From assembly GCF_009914755.1 (NCBI RefSeq), contig NC_060935.1: DNA of 64,000 nt. One strand, given 5' to 3'. Position numbers and translations under genes: made by a program. The notes under the pieces are model-generated. The model was not told where the DNA came from and searched no databases. It saw nothing but the letters and a program-made list of their open reading frames with translations. The DNA is from the human T2T-CHM13v2.0 reference genome, Homo sapiens. Shown piece after piece: positions 39,279-51,659 of the stretch; positions within the stretch are counted from its first letter, which is position 1; every line of letters starts with the position of its first letter.

Positions 39279-40925
39279 TCCCTCTTTGGTGACAACTCGC
39301 TTGCTGGGGACCTGAGATAACCCCCAGCCCCAGCTGCTGCCAGCCCCATGTCAACCAGGCACCCCAGAGGAACAGCACCAAGGGAGGCAGCTGGCTTCAG
39401 GAAGGGATGCATGCGGTTGTCTGGGACACTCAGGGCTGATGTCCTTGAGTCTGAAGTGCTAGCTGGAAGCCCAGGCAGTTTCCAGGTTGCAGCCTCGAGG
39501 GGCGTTCTTTCCCCAGGAAGACTGAACCTGGCGGATGCACCCACCCTGTGAGGAAGGGTCCCCCGCCAGACTCAACAGGCGACTGATTTAAGTTCGTCTC
39601 ATCTAAAAATAGCTTCATAGCAACACCCAGACTAGTGTCCGGCCAGGCTGTGCACTGCCCACCACGTGGGTGCTGGAGTCACAGTGCAGGCCCCTCACCC
39701 CTCGTCGGCCTGGCCTCCCTGGGCCGTCAGGCATCTTTCACACATGGGACTATTTTTGCCAAATGCTGCACCCCTGGGCCGCAAAGCAGAGAGTCACGTT
39801 TGTACCATCTGTCCTGTCTCTTCATCGGGCAGAACATCGACCATGTAGAAACTCACCTGTGCTTCCAGAACTGCCAGGCTGCTTTGTGCACTTCCTGGCT
39901 CCAGGCCCTGGCATGGGGCTGGGGTAAGGTCAGGGCCAGTGGTGGCCCTCGGAGTTTTGAACCCAGAACAGACAGCCGCCGAGACCGGCAGGACACTGAG
40001 GAGGCGTCGAGGGGCTGAGTGAGGGTTGGACCTGGTCCCCGTGCTTGTCCGGCAGGACTCCCAGGCCGCACAGTGGCCGAGGAGGCAGCTCCAGGAATGG
40101 GCAAGGGAAAGGGGAGTTGTGAGGCCGCTGGGAGGGGCCTCAGAATCAGTCGGGAGAGGGCACCACTGAGCCCCCCAGCCCTGCTGGCCCCTCCTCCCGG
40201 TCCCTGCCTCTGCCTCTCAGCACACCTGGTTCCACCTCCAGGCAGCAACGGCAGGGGACGCCAGCAGAGCGTGCCACCTCTGAACAGCCACCCAGGCGCG
40301 CTCTGCCTGAGTCTCGGGCTGTGCTAGAGGCGCCTCTGGCCATGGTCCTCTCACGGCTGGGCTTCCTGGCCCCCGCGCTGGTGGGTGGGGTTCGGGTGCT
40401 CTTGAGCTGGAGAGCAGAGGGCCTCTGCATGTTGGGGTGAGCCTGCCAGCAAGACAGGAGTAGCCTTCTGTGGCCTCAGAAGCGCCTCCCCACTCTCCTG
40501 TTGGAAGCGAGTTGCAGGCCCCGCCTGCTCCTGGGGGTGGGGGGCACAGCTGACTTCAGGAGCCCAGCTTGAGCCACCTCTCACAGCGGCCTTGGTGAGG
40601 GGGGGCTCACCTGTGGGGGGCTCACCTGTGGAGGGGCATCCCCAGACTTGGGAGTGGGTGGCATATGGGCCAGGGTCAGGGCGTTAGGGCTTGGAGAAAG
40701 GTTAGGGTTGGGGTTGGGGTTAGAGCCACGGTGATGGTCAGGGCATATGGGCTAGGGTTAGGGCGTTGGGGTCAGGGCCATGGGTTCTGGCTAGCACTGT
40801 GGAGACAGCCGTTTCTATCACGAAGCGATGGAAGATTCTGCCGTTCCAACCCCAGATTCGAGGGAGGCAGGGGTGTGGACGGTGCCACACCTCAATCCTC
40901 ACAGCCTCTGTCTCCCACTGCCCAG

Positions 40926-41049
40926 GCTGGCGAAGAAGTCCTGGTTTGGGAACTTCATCAGCCTGGAGAAGGAGGAGCAGATCTTCGTGGTCATCAAAGA
41001 CAAACCTCTGAGCTCCATCAAGGCTGACATCGTGCACGCCTTCCTGTCG
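40926..41049 (+). CDS. BRSK2: BRSK2 exon 16 ([41 protein letters not shown]; AIS/KA1)
   Basis: cccag|G...TCG|gtgagg; 124 nt. Confidence 0.97.
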
Positions 41050-42788
41050 GTGAGGCCACAGGGCGCTGGGGGAGGCGGGCAGCCCTCCCAACCCCACACG
41101 GCCCAGCCCCGAGAATCCAGCCTCCTCACGTAGACAGGACATGTCCACGCGCACAGCACGGACGTCCGCTCACCCGTGGGCCTGCCTGGCCGCCTTCACT
41201 GGACAGGCGCTCTCTCCTGCCCACCCTCGTGAGGGAGGGGTCACTGCCCATCTGGGGTGCTTGGCCTGCGGAGGGAGTCAGGGCTTTGCTCACTGGTCCC
41301 CAGCAGCCCTAGGTGTGTGCCGGACAGGCCTGGGCAGCTGGCACGTGGGGCAGAAGGAAGGCTCCAGCTGGGTGGGTCTCAGAGGGGGACATTTCCATCA
41401 GACTCGGGGAGAAGCCCTTGTGAGGCCATGGCCCTAGGGACCGGTGGGGCTCTGCTGGCCCTCAGTGGACAGCCCCAGCCCTCAGGTGTCTCAGTTTCCC
41501 TGGTCTCACCCTGCCCTCGGAGGCCGGGTGGCTCTCCACAGAGTGGTCGCGCTCGGGGTCTTGGGTGGGCTTCATTTGTCTTTGCTGGGCATCTTTGGGT
41601 TAGGAGGAGCAGAAAGGCCCTAAAAGCCTCAAATGGAGAAAGTTTATTGCCAGGACTCCAGCACCCAGTCCCATCAGGACGCCCCTTCCTTGCCGGCCCT
41701 GCCCCACCCTGTGCTGCACCCAGCGCCCAGGCATCACAGGGGCTGCCCCCCACCCGCCTCCCCCACCGCCCCCAGCCTGCCTCCCCAGGGCTGCTGTCCT
41801 GCCCTGTGCTCACCACTGCCCGGGCGCCCTCCCTGGCCCCAGGGTCTTGGCAAGATCAGGCCGTGGTTCGCTTCGGCAGCCTCTCTAGCTAGGGACTGGC
41901 CTCCACCCCACCATATGCTCTGCCCCCGGGCACTCAGGCCACTGCTGCCCTGGCTGCAGCTGAGCTTCCCTTACGCTGTGGGGACAGCTTGGAGCCCCTG
42001 CAGAAGGCTCCAGGGCCAGGAGAGCCCAGCGCTGGGCAGGGCAGGCCTCAGACTGCACTTGGACCCTGGCCTCAGGGGTCCTCAGCGTCCCCGTCCCCGT
42101 CCCCACAGGCTGCTCACTTCCTCGGCCTCCTCCCTCACCACATCCCTTCATGCTGCCCCTGGTTGCCACGGCTAACCTCAGACTCAGCCCCTCCCCATGC
42201 CGGCCCCAGTGAGGCGGCCGTGTGCCAGCCTGGGCCCTGTGCGCTGGGTGGCCCTGAGTTCTGCTTCCTGCAGCTGCCCCCTCGGTACTGTGAAGCCCAC
42301 CCAGCCAGTGCCCAGCACCATAGGTCCTGCAACCAGTGGGAGTCCCAGGAAGCCCCAGCAGGAGGGCACAGCCCCAGCCCCGCCCTTGCACCTCCCTCTC
42401 AGTGGCAGCTCCCAGACCCCCCACCTCCCACTCAGCTCCACCCTGGACCCCCACCTCAGGCTGCAGGGGTCACCTTCCACCTCCATCTTTGCCCTTAAGG
42501 CTCCTCTGTAAGGTCCTGGTCATCCTGTGCTGTGGCTGCCTGAGAAAAGCCCGGCAGGGGCTTAGCTGTGCCCGCTAAGTGGACCAAAGCTTTGGAGGGT
42601 GGGGGCTGGAAACGCCCCTCCCCCTGCTCCAGCCGTCTCCAACCGCACTGTGCCCCTCACGGAAGCAGAGGTGCCTGGGTGCTCACAATGTGTGCACGGT
42701 GGGGCTGGCTCGCCCCAGGGCTGCCTCCCCAGAGGGCCAGGGTGGGACCTGCCAGGCCAGCCACGCTCACGCTGCTCTCTCTCCACAG

Positions 42789-42969
42789 ATTCCCAGTCTC
42801 AGCCACAGCGTCATCTCCCAAACGAGCTTCCGGGCCGAGTACAAGGCCACGGGGGGGCCAGCCGTGTTCCAGAAGCCGGTCAAGTTCCAGGTTGATATCA
42901 CCTACACGGAGGGTGGGGAGGCGCAGAAGGAGAACGGCATCTACTCCGTCACCTTCACCCTGCTCTCAG
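42789..42969 (+). CDS. BRSK2: BRSK2 exon 17 ([60 protein letters not shown]; KA1)
   Basis: cacag|ATT...G|gtgagc; 181 nt. Confidence 0.97.
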
Positions 42970-43038
42970 GTGAGCTGGTGCCCCCAGGGCGGCTCCGGGC
43001 CCAGGCCCGTCCAGGGCATAACCCCCTGTCTCCCCTAG

Positions 43039-43128
43039 GCCCCAGCCGTCGCTTCAAGAGGGTGGTGGAGACCATCCAGGCCCAGCTGCTGAGCACACAC
43101 GACCCGCCTGCGGCCCAGCACTTGTCAG
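43039..43128 (+). CDS. BRSK2: BRSK2 exon 18 ([30 protein letters not shown])
   Basis: cctag|GC...G|gtgagg; 90 nt. Confidence 0.97.
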
Positions 43129-43395
43129 GTGAGGCGGGCTCAGCTCCGGCCAACCTGCGGCCTGCGAGTGGGGCGTGGCCAGCTGGTGCTGCGCGGACGG
43201 GAGGCGTGAGGACCCGGGCGCAGCCTCCTGGCCCCTCTTGACGGACGCCCCCACCTCCCTGCCCCGAGCTGTGGCTGCACCCCTCAGGGAGCAGAGCCCC
43301 TCCCTGGCCTGGCGGGACCACCCGCCTCGCCTCTGCACGCCAGGGACATAGGGCGCAGCCGCACCACACTGAAAGGCGCCTCTTGTCCACCGTAG

Positions 43396-43481
43396 AACCC
43401 CCCCCACCAGCGCCAGGACTAAGCTGGGGTGCTGGGCTTAAGGGCCAGAAGGTGGCCACCAGCTACGAGAGTAGCCTCTGA
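43396..43481 (+). CDS. BRSK2: BRSK2 alternative stop-containing exon (EPPPPAPGLSWGAGLKGQKVATSYESSL*); exon continues to donor at 43490
   Basis: cgtag|AA, phase matches exon 18; TGA 43479-43481; CAG|gtaagg donor; matches my recollection of a shorter BRSK2 isoform. Confidence 0.88.
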
Positions 43482-45625
43482 CGCTGGCAGGTAAGGCGCC
43501 CGGCCTGTGCTGGGGCGGGGAGGGGCTGCGGGCAGGTCCTCGGCGGAGCCAGGCTGGCCCTGAGCAGGGCCCTCCATGCCCACCCACAGGTCTCGGCCCT
43601 GGACAGGCCAAGCATGCCCCGGGCGGCCCATCTGCTAGGGCAGCCTGCACAGGACCTGGGAGAGCAGTGACAAGGCCCTGCCCTCGGGACTCCCCGCCAT
43701 GGCACCCTAGGAGGGCCGCGGGCTGCCTGACGGGCTGTGACTTCTCATCTCTCCATACTTCCTGACAGCCCAGGGCCATGCCTCCAGCAGGGCAGAGGGG
43801 CTTGAGCCCAGCCAGAGCGGGGGCTTCACCACAGCCTGATGGGCTCACACAGGGGAGGGTTGCCCCAGCCTGGAACCACCAGGGTCTAGGACCCGAGGGT
43901 CCGTGCCACTCGGCATACGGCAGGGAGGGCTCCCCCCACTCCCCTGGGCCCATGTGTGGTGGGGGCAGGGCGGAGCACTGGGCACATGCATGGGCCTGGT
44001 CTGTCAGCAAGGGGGTGTGGGTGTGCCTCTGAACGCTGGTACGGCGTGGGGGCGCTGGGCGTCGTGGGGGAGCACCCGGCTGGACCCTGGGGGTCCCCTC
44101 TCCCAGCCTGCATCTCAGCAGCTCCGTGGCATGCTAGGGTCACCTCCTGTGTTTCCATGTGGGGTCCTGGAAGCCAAAGAGGGCCCCACTGCCCCTCCCC
44201 ATGACATCCTCATTCCATCATCATGCCATCACCTGTGGGAGCCCCCCCAGAGTGTGCTTCACCTTGCTGCGGGCTGAGGTCCCCAACAGCCCTGGCCCTA
44301 ACCGAAGCCCCAGTGGGTGGAGGAGTAGCCCCCTTCTCCTGATTTTGGGAGCCAGGCTGGCACAGCGGGTAAGGAGGAGCAGGGTTCCAGGTGCTCGGCC
44401 CCGCAGGTACACGTGGCGCTTCCCTACAGCGGAGGCCATGCCGTCGGCCGGCAGCAGCCTCTGGCTCTCTGAGCCTTGAAAGCCTTCATCTTAGGAAGGG
44501 AAACCGAGGCCAGGGAACGACAGGGCAGCCACCTAGGCCAGGGATGGACAGGGCTTGTCTGGTAGGGCAAGCAGAAACGGGCCCCGGGGTACTGCCCAGG
44601 GTGTCCCCGCACCTGAGCAGCCATCTGGGTGCCTCAGTCGAGCGCTCCTGCGTGGGCTGTAGGCAAAGCTCCCCCAGCCTGGCCCCTTAAAGTGTGGTAC
44701 CGCCTGTCAGCACGCAGCACTCCCCTGGAGCCAACTCCAAGCCCCTCTCCATTCCTGCCCCGGACCCTGACCTCAGTGGAGCCCACTGCAGAGGCTCTTG
44801 GGGGTCTATTCTGGGCCCCATCTATCTCCCTGTGGACTTGGGGAGCCCAGCCTATCCCCGTGATCTCGCTACGCCCAGCCCTTCCCAGCCCTGCCCCCCT
44901 CCCACACTGGATGCTTTTGTCCAGTGAGCCCAGCTCCAAGGATGTGTGGAAGGTGGCTAGCCAGCAGGGGGCCTCCTCAGACACTGCCCACCCCCCCAGA
45001 GACTGCGGCCGAGGGAGGGGAGGCTGAGAGCCCCCAGTGAGCAGGCACAGGCAGACCAGGGCGTGTGTCCACCCTGTGCAGGCGCCAGTGAGGGCCTTGA
45101 GGGAGTAGCCCCTCCCAGGGCCTTGCTCCCACCCCAGTCCTGGACTGGCAGCACCAACATCCCCAGGCCCAGCAGTAGGGAAGAGGGCCGAGGAAGAGGG
45201 TGCCTGCCTTGAGTTGAAGGGCAGCCGGAAGCCACAGGGCCCTGGAGCTGCTGAGTGGCACAGTGAGGATGCAGGCCACGGCCAGGGCAGAGTTGTCAGC
45301 CCAGGGGAGGGGCTAGGCCCACCCAGGGCACCGGCCATATCCAGGCTCAGGCTCAGGCTGCTGGAGGTCCGGCTGCTGCCCAGGTGGCTCCGCCTTGTTC
45401 CCTGCCTCCGCAGCCCCGCCTCACTCCAGGCCCTGCCCCTGCACTGCCCCTTATAAGCCCCGCCCCCTCTGGCTCTGGCCCCCCCAGTATTCCCCACCCA
45501 TGCCTCTGGGGCCCTACCCACTCCTGGCTCCACCCCCTCCCCATCGAGGCTGTGGGCGTCCAGCCAGAAGGCCCAGGACAGCCTTTCACTCACTCCCTCC
45601 CTCCTCTCTCCATTCTGTACTCCAG

Positions 45626-45673
45626 ACACCACTAACTGTATGGAAATGATGACGGGGCGGCTTTCCAAATGTG
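45626..45673 (+). CDS. BRSK2: BRSK2 exon 19 (DTTNCMEMMTGRLSKC)
   Basis: tccag|AC...G|gtaaga; 48 nt. Confidence 0.93.
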
Positions 45674-46659
45674 GTAAGAATCCCCCACGCTCACCTGGCA
45701 CCTCCACCTGCCACTTCACCGCTCACCCTCAGCCCGCTGTGGCCGCCACCTGCCGCCCGGGTTGTCCCGGCCTCCCTGTGTAGATGTAGGCACCCAGCAG
45801 CCCAGATGTCCCCGGCCCCATCCTCTACCAGGAGCAGCCCCCGTCGCTCCCCTACCACAGCAAGCCCAGGCGGGGTTCCTGGCCAGACTCACCTCTGCCA
45901 GGCCCTAGGATCAGGGCAGGCCCAAGAAGGGGCTCCCAAGGCCTGAAGCCAGTGAGGGTCCCGCTGGTCCCACTGGTGCAGGCTGTGGCCTAGGGGAGGG
46001 GCCGGTGCCCATCCCTCTGTCCACTGGAGGCTGTGCCTGGCAGGGAGCGGAGGGGCCCACAGCTCAGGGCTCAGGTGGGGGTTAGGCTTAGGAAGTGGGA
46101 TTGAGGGGCCTCCATCGACACACCTGGGCAGTGAGCACAGGGCCCCAAGAAGGGTGGGCTCCCCATTTCCGCCCCTCTTCTCAGGACTGCCCCCATCCCA
46201 GGGACCCGGGACATGACTCTAGCTGCTTGCCCCCAGCCCCCCAGCCTGCCTCCCACATCCACCCCTCCATGCTTGTCCACCCATCTGTTCATCTGTCTGT
46301 CTGCTGCTAAACTGTGTCCAAGCTGGCCAGGGGTCGGGCTTCAGGCCTCTCTGGGGAGGTGTGGTGGGCACACCCTCTCCCTGTCATCCACTGGGCCTCA
46401 TGCAGTGGGGCCAGCAGCTGCCCCCAGGGTCCTGCGAGGCTTCAGAGCTCCCAGCAGGCCCTTGTCTTTACGCTGTCATCTCCGGCGTTGGGGTGGGTCG
46501 GCCCTCACGGCTGCAAGGTGGGGAGGGAAGGGGGGTGGGGCAGGGCCTTCCGGGCCAGGCCTTGGTGGGGAGGGAGGGGTCTCACCACCTGCCCCGAGCC
46601 TCGCTTCGCCAAAGGAGCACTGGGTCCTGCGCAACAGCTCGGAGGCGCTGGGGTCCTAA

Positions 46660-47154
<495 letters not shown>

Positions 47155-47399
47155 ACACACTAGCCCCCCCCCCAGCACAGCACTGACAGCGGCTGCCTCG
47201 CCGCCCGCCGCCCGCCCTGCCCCGAGTGGACCCGCGGCCGCGCCGCCCGTCCGTCCAGACTGTTCTCAGAGCCTGGGAGGAAAGGAAAGGGGCGTTGGGG
47301 CCGGCCTGTGGGCTGCGCCACCCGCGCCCGCTCTCTTTTCTCTCTGTCTCTGCCTCTGCCTGTCTCTGACAGCATCGCTTGTTTCCACTCTGATACCAG

Positions 47400-47419
47400 G
47401 AATTATCCCGAAAAGTTAA
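47400..47419 (+). CDS. BRSK2: BRSK2 last exon via distal acceptor, short C-terminus (GIIPKS*)
   Basis: CT-rich tract, CTGAC branch-like motif at 47366, taccag|GA ATT ATC CCG AAA AGT TAA. Confidence 0.82.
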
Positions 47420-48519
47420 CATGTCACCTCCACGAGGCCATCCTCTGTGACCGAAGGCAGCTGCTGCGGACCCGCCCTCCCTCCGCTCCTGCTGTTGCTG
47501 CCGGGCAGTGAGGCCCAGCCCAGCGCCCCGTCCACCCCGCGGCAGCTCCTCGCCTCAGCTCCGCACGGCCCGTGGGAGGAAGGCCAGGCTCGGGGGAGCC
47601 TCCTCCAGCCCGGCCGACCCGGACTCCCGGTCACCTGACCCCTCAGCAAGAACAGCCTGCCTGGTGGCCTTCTGGGGCCAGGACCCCCGGTGGGCAACGT
47701 AGCCACAGGAACAGGCCCCGTCCACCGCCTCCACGCCGCACCTGGAGGCCTCCTCGCAGGCCCGTGCCCCGCCTCCCTGGCCGCGCCGCCTCCGTGTAGT
47801 CTTGGCCTCCTCAGGCTGCCTCCCGTCCTCTCGTCTCACCCGCGCCTCCCTTGCCTCATCTGGGGCGGCTGTGGGCTCTGGCGCTCCTCTCTGGCTGAGG
47901 TGGAAACAGAGACACCCTGTGGCACCAGAGCCTTCCCAGCAGGCCAGGCCGCTGGGCTGGGATCAGTGTTATTTATTTGCCGTTTTAATTTATGGATTCT
48001 CCGCACCTCTGTTCAGGGAAGGGCGGCGGCCACATCCCCTGCCGTCTGCGCGTCTCAGGCAGTGGGGGGGCTGGGGCCAGGGCGCCCTCTGAGGACAGAG
48101 CTGGTGGGGCGCGGGGGGGCTGGCGAGCTACTGTAAACTTTAAAGAATTCCTGCAAGATATTTTTATAAACTTTTTTTTCTTGGTGGTTTTTGGAAAAGG
48201 GTGTGGGGGTGGGGGCGCCGCTGGGGCAGGGCCAGGTTTTGTGTTTTAGTCCCTTGCTCCTGCTTCTTTCTACACACACATCTAAAGACGGTGCGGCTCG
48301 CTCTGTCATGGGTTCCGTCTCTCTCTGTGGAGAAGCAGCTCCACCTCTGGGGGGGCTCGGGGCAGAGGGGCGGTGTCTCGTAGCGGGCGGCAGCGCCAGC
48401 GCCCCTCTGTCAGGCTGGGGCAATCTTGGTTTTGTGTCCAAAGGTGAAGGGGTAGGAGGAGGGCCCTCAGCTGGCCCTCCCCACACACAGGACGGCAGGG
48501 GCACTGTGAGGCTTTTCTT

Positions 48520-48525
48520 ATTAAA
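48520..48525 (+). terminator. BRSK2: Proximal poly(A) signal candidate ATTAAA
   Basis: ATTAAA followed by an A-rich stretch (also an oligo-dT internal-priming risk). Confidence 0.45.
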
Positions 48526-49098
48526 ATGAAAAAATTGAAAAAAAAGGACAAAGAGTCGGTGGCGCTCCTCTGCAGGGCGTTCTGTGCAGAGCGAGGCCCA
48601 GGGCGCAGCCCTCAGAGGGCTGCAGGCCCACCCTGCCCAGTGCCCGCCGCCGTGCTTCACCCCAGCTCCAGCTTCTGTGTTCCCTTCCGCCCATGTGCCC
48701 AGCCCTCCCAGGCGGGCACAGCCCGGGTGCGGCGGCCGTGGGGGGCGGCGGGTCTGATGCATGCCTCTGCCATGGAGTCGTCTGTCTGCTTCGGTGCCTG
48801 CCCCTGCCTCCCACCCACCTCGTGTATAGATTTTAACGCTTCTGTTAACATTAGACCTCTGCCACAGGCTGGGATTTCTATACATAAGAACAAAAGCAAA
48901 CACCTAGGACAGCAAACGCCAGGCGGTACAGGCGGGAAGGGGCTCTCCACGGAGATCGAGGACACGAAGCAAACTGCCTCTTGCTTGCCTTCCCCTTTTG
49001 TGCTTCGGACACACGCGGACTCCAGCAGGCGCCACGGAAATGGGCAAGCCCCTGCAGTGTACCCCTGTCATAACTGTGAGCAGCTGCAGCTCCGGAAC

Positions 49099-49104
49099 AA
49101 TAAA
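49099..49104 (+). terminator. BRSK2: BRSK2 distal poly(A) signal AATAAA
   Basis: First canonical hexamer I found downstream of the stop codon. Confidence 0.8.
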
Positions 49105-49934
49105 TCCCTTCCGCAAAGACAGCGACGCAGGTCTTCATCTGGGCAGGGCGGGCGCGCAGGGCTCTGTGACAGCCCGGGACAGCTTCTTGTTCCCCACTTG
49201 CAGCCCCTGGGCTGCGCCAGTGTGAATGCAGCTACCCTCTGCCCAGCTGAAGAGGGTGAGATTCCGGGCGGCCAAGGTCAGAGGTCACTTCCGATGTGTG
49301 GGGCCATCCCCCGAGGCTGCCCCAGCCTGAGGCGGGCTCCCGTTGAGGGCCAGGGCCTGGGCGGAGCACTCTTTGCACGGCACCTCTGCCACCCCACAAG
49401 GCCTGCACGGCCACCCAGGGCCTGGGCCTTTTCCTGGAGAATGAGCCTTCTTCCCACTCCTTACTTGGGAAGGGTCCGGATAGGGTGCCATGACCCAGCC
49501 TTGGGAGTGAGGGGCCCAGGCTGAGCACAGCCCCTGGAGCTAGAGCGGGGATGGTCCCAGCCATACCTGCCACAGAGGGCAGCCAGGGCCGTGGGCTCCA
49601 CTGGCACGACGCCCTGGCCCAGCTGCCCCTCTGCCGCCGCAGCAGAAGGGCAAGTCCAGGCCCATGCTGTGTGAGGCCAGTGGCCGGGAGTCCACCGCGG
49701 CCTGGAGGAGGCCAGCAGCAGGCCTCAGCAGGGTCCACGCAGAGACTGCGGCGTCCACAGAGCTGCCCTGGGAGGCCCACGCACACTTCCCTCCCACGTG
49801 AAGGACTCAGATGCGCCGGACTGCACCCAGCTGTCTATCATTGGAGCAGGTGCTAAGCACATGGCTGAGGGGGGAGATGATGATGGGGTGGGGGCCACAT
49901 CCCTGGTCTCAGCCCAACAGAAGCTAGTAGCTGT

Positions 49935-50022
49935 CCCACCTCCATTGTGACAAAACGTCCCCAGACATTGCCATGAGTCTCCTGGTAGGGGACAGAATCA
50001 CCCCCAGGTGAGAGCCACTGCC
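49935..50022 (+). mobile_element. MER20 (hAT-Charlie) fragment
   Basis: TTGTGACAAAACGTCCCCAGACATTGCCA...AATCACCCCCAGGTGAGAGCCACTG resembles the MER20 end (from memory). Confidence 0.65.
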
Positions 50023-51659
50023 CTGAACTTCAAGCTGTGCCTGTACCCATCTCTCTGGAGGGAGCCAGGGGGTCACCATGTTAGTCAGGCTTAGTTAGCT
50101 CAGGGCTCCGCTCAGAGCCCAGGACACAGAGGGAAGCTGAGCCGTCCTCTGTTTGACCCTGGACTGCCAAGTGGCTGAGCTCACAGGAGGTTGGTACCCT
50201 GAAGAGAAGGCACTTGGGAGGGGCCCAGGGAATCAGGATCCATTCCAATCCCTGGATTACAGTTTCCCGGTTCATTTTACCTTAAGAAACAGGCTGAGGA
50301 AAGGAATTTGGCTGCTACGGTTCAGTGAGGCACAGGACAGTCTGTGGGGTCGCAGGCTACTGGCCCTGGACCGGAAGCCTTCCTGACCTGTGGTCCTGCA
50401 CCTGCTTCTCTGAGAGCGGCTGACACACGCACTCCTGGCCCTCCTCTAAACATTCACGGTGAGAAGTCAGCCTTCTCAGGCCCATGACTGGAGGCCCAAA
50501 AGGAAACAGTGTGTCAAGAGTCCTGCCAGCTCCCCACTGCTCAGGAAGGGGCTGTGTCCTGCAGTCCCACTTCTGACACCAAGCTCTCTTGGTTGTAAGT
50601 AACAGAACCCAAAGCGAGCTAAGCCAGAATCTGCTGGTTTATATAAAAAATGAAAACAAATATGGCAGGACTTCTGATGTGGCAGACACTAGTCTCACTT
50701 TACACCAGTCGGTCCTCACATCATTTCTATGAAGAAATTAAAATGGAGATTGAAAAAGGATGTGGTGGCCGGTCTGCCCACCTAGAGGATGGCTTCACAG
50801 TCCTGGTCCTCAGTTCCCAGGTGGCTAATCTGACGGACACATCTGGGCTCAGAGCCTGCCACGGCCTGGCCTGAGAGCTAGGGCCCTGGTGAACGAGCCG
50901 ACTGGTGAGCCCACCCATGGGATGGCAGGTGGGTGGCGGGGGACGACAGTCTGACCCACCTCCTGTACAGGATGCAGGTGGGAGGTGGGTGCTCCAGGGA
51001 GGGGCCCTGCACACAGCAGTCCAGGCCTAGGTCTGCTCCATGGGGAGCCTGCCCTGGGCTTTTCCGTCAGCTGAAGGCAGAGGCACAGAGCCCCAGCCTC
51101 CTAAGCTATAAGATGGAACAATTCCTGGTGTCACAAAGCCTCAGAGCTTGCAGGAGGCTGATGCCCGCATGCCAGCTTCAAGGTGGGGCGTTCCAGCTGC
51201 CCTGCTCCCATCCCGCCAGGGAGCTCACCACAGGTGGACTGGCCCTGCCTCCCCGTCCTGCCTGCCTCCTGCCCTCCAGTGGTGTGGTGCCCAGGCCCTC
51301 TGCCCTAAGTCCAGTGCCTCCCCACTCACTCCAGTGACTTCTCCCCATCCCACCCCAACTCCCTACCACCAACCCAAGTCTCTTGGTGTGATCTGGCAAG
51401 GGGTCGGGGTCAGCAGAGAGCCAGAGAGGAGGAGGCCAGCAACAGGAGGGAGAACCAGTGGCGACTTTCCAGGCAGCGGGGCCTGCTGGAGAGCGGGCAG
51501 GGCTGACAGACGTGCAGGGAACACTACCCGGGGAGCCACGTTCGTGCCAGCCAGACTGGCACAGTCTACACTGTGGGTCTCATGCCGGGGAGTTGGGCCC
51601 TCTTGTGTACCTGCCCCCAGGACCCTGTAAGAACGCCTTGGCCTGCTTGGTAGATGCAT

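Larger units (their letters stand above)
47155..49120 (+). other. BRSK2: BRSK2 3' UTR (CpG-rich proximal part, AU-rich islands)
   Basis: Between the stop codon and AATAAA; 3' end position inferred. Confidence 0.8.

Noticed and set aside
48526-49524. 332-aa ORF in the BRSK2 3' UTR
   Set aside because: Crosses the poly(A) signal, resembles no known family and is expected by chance in GC-rich DNA.
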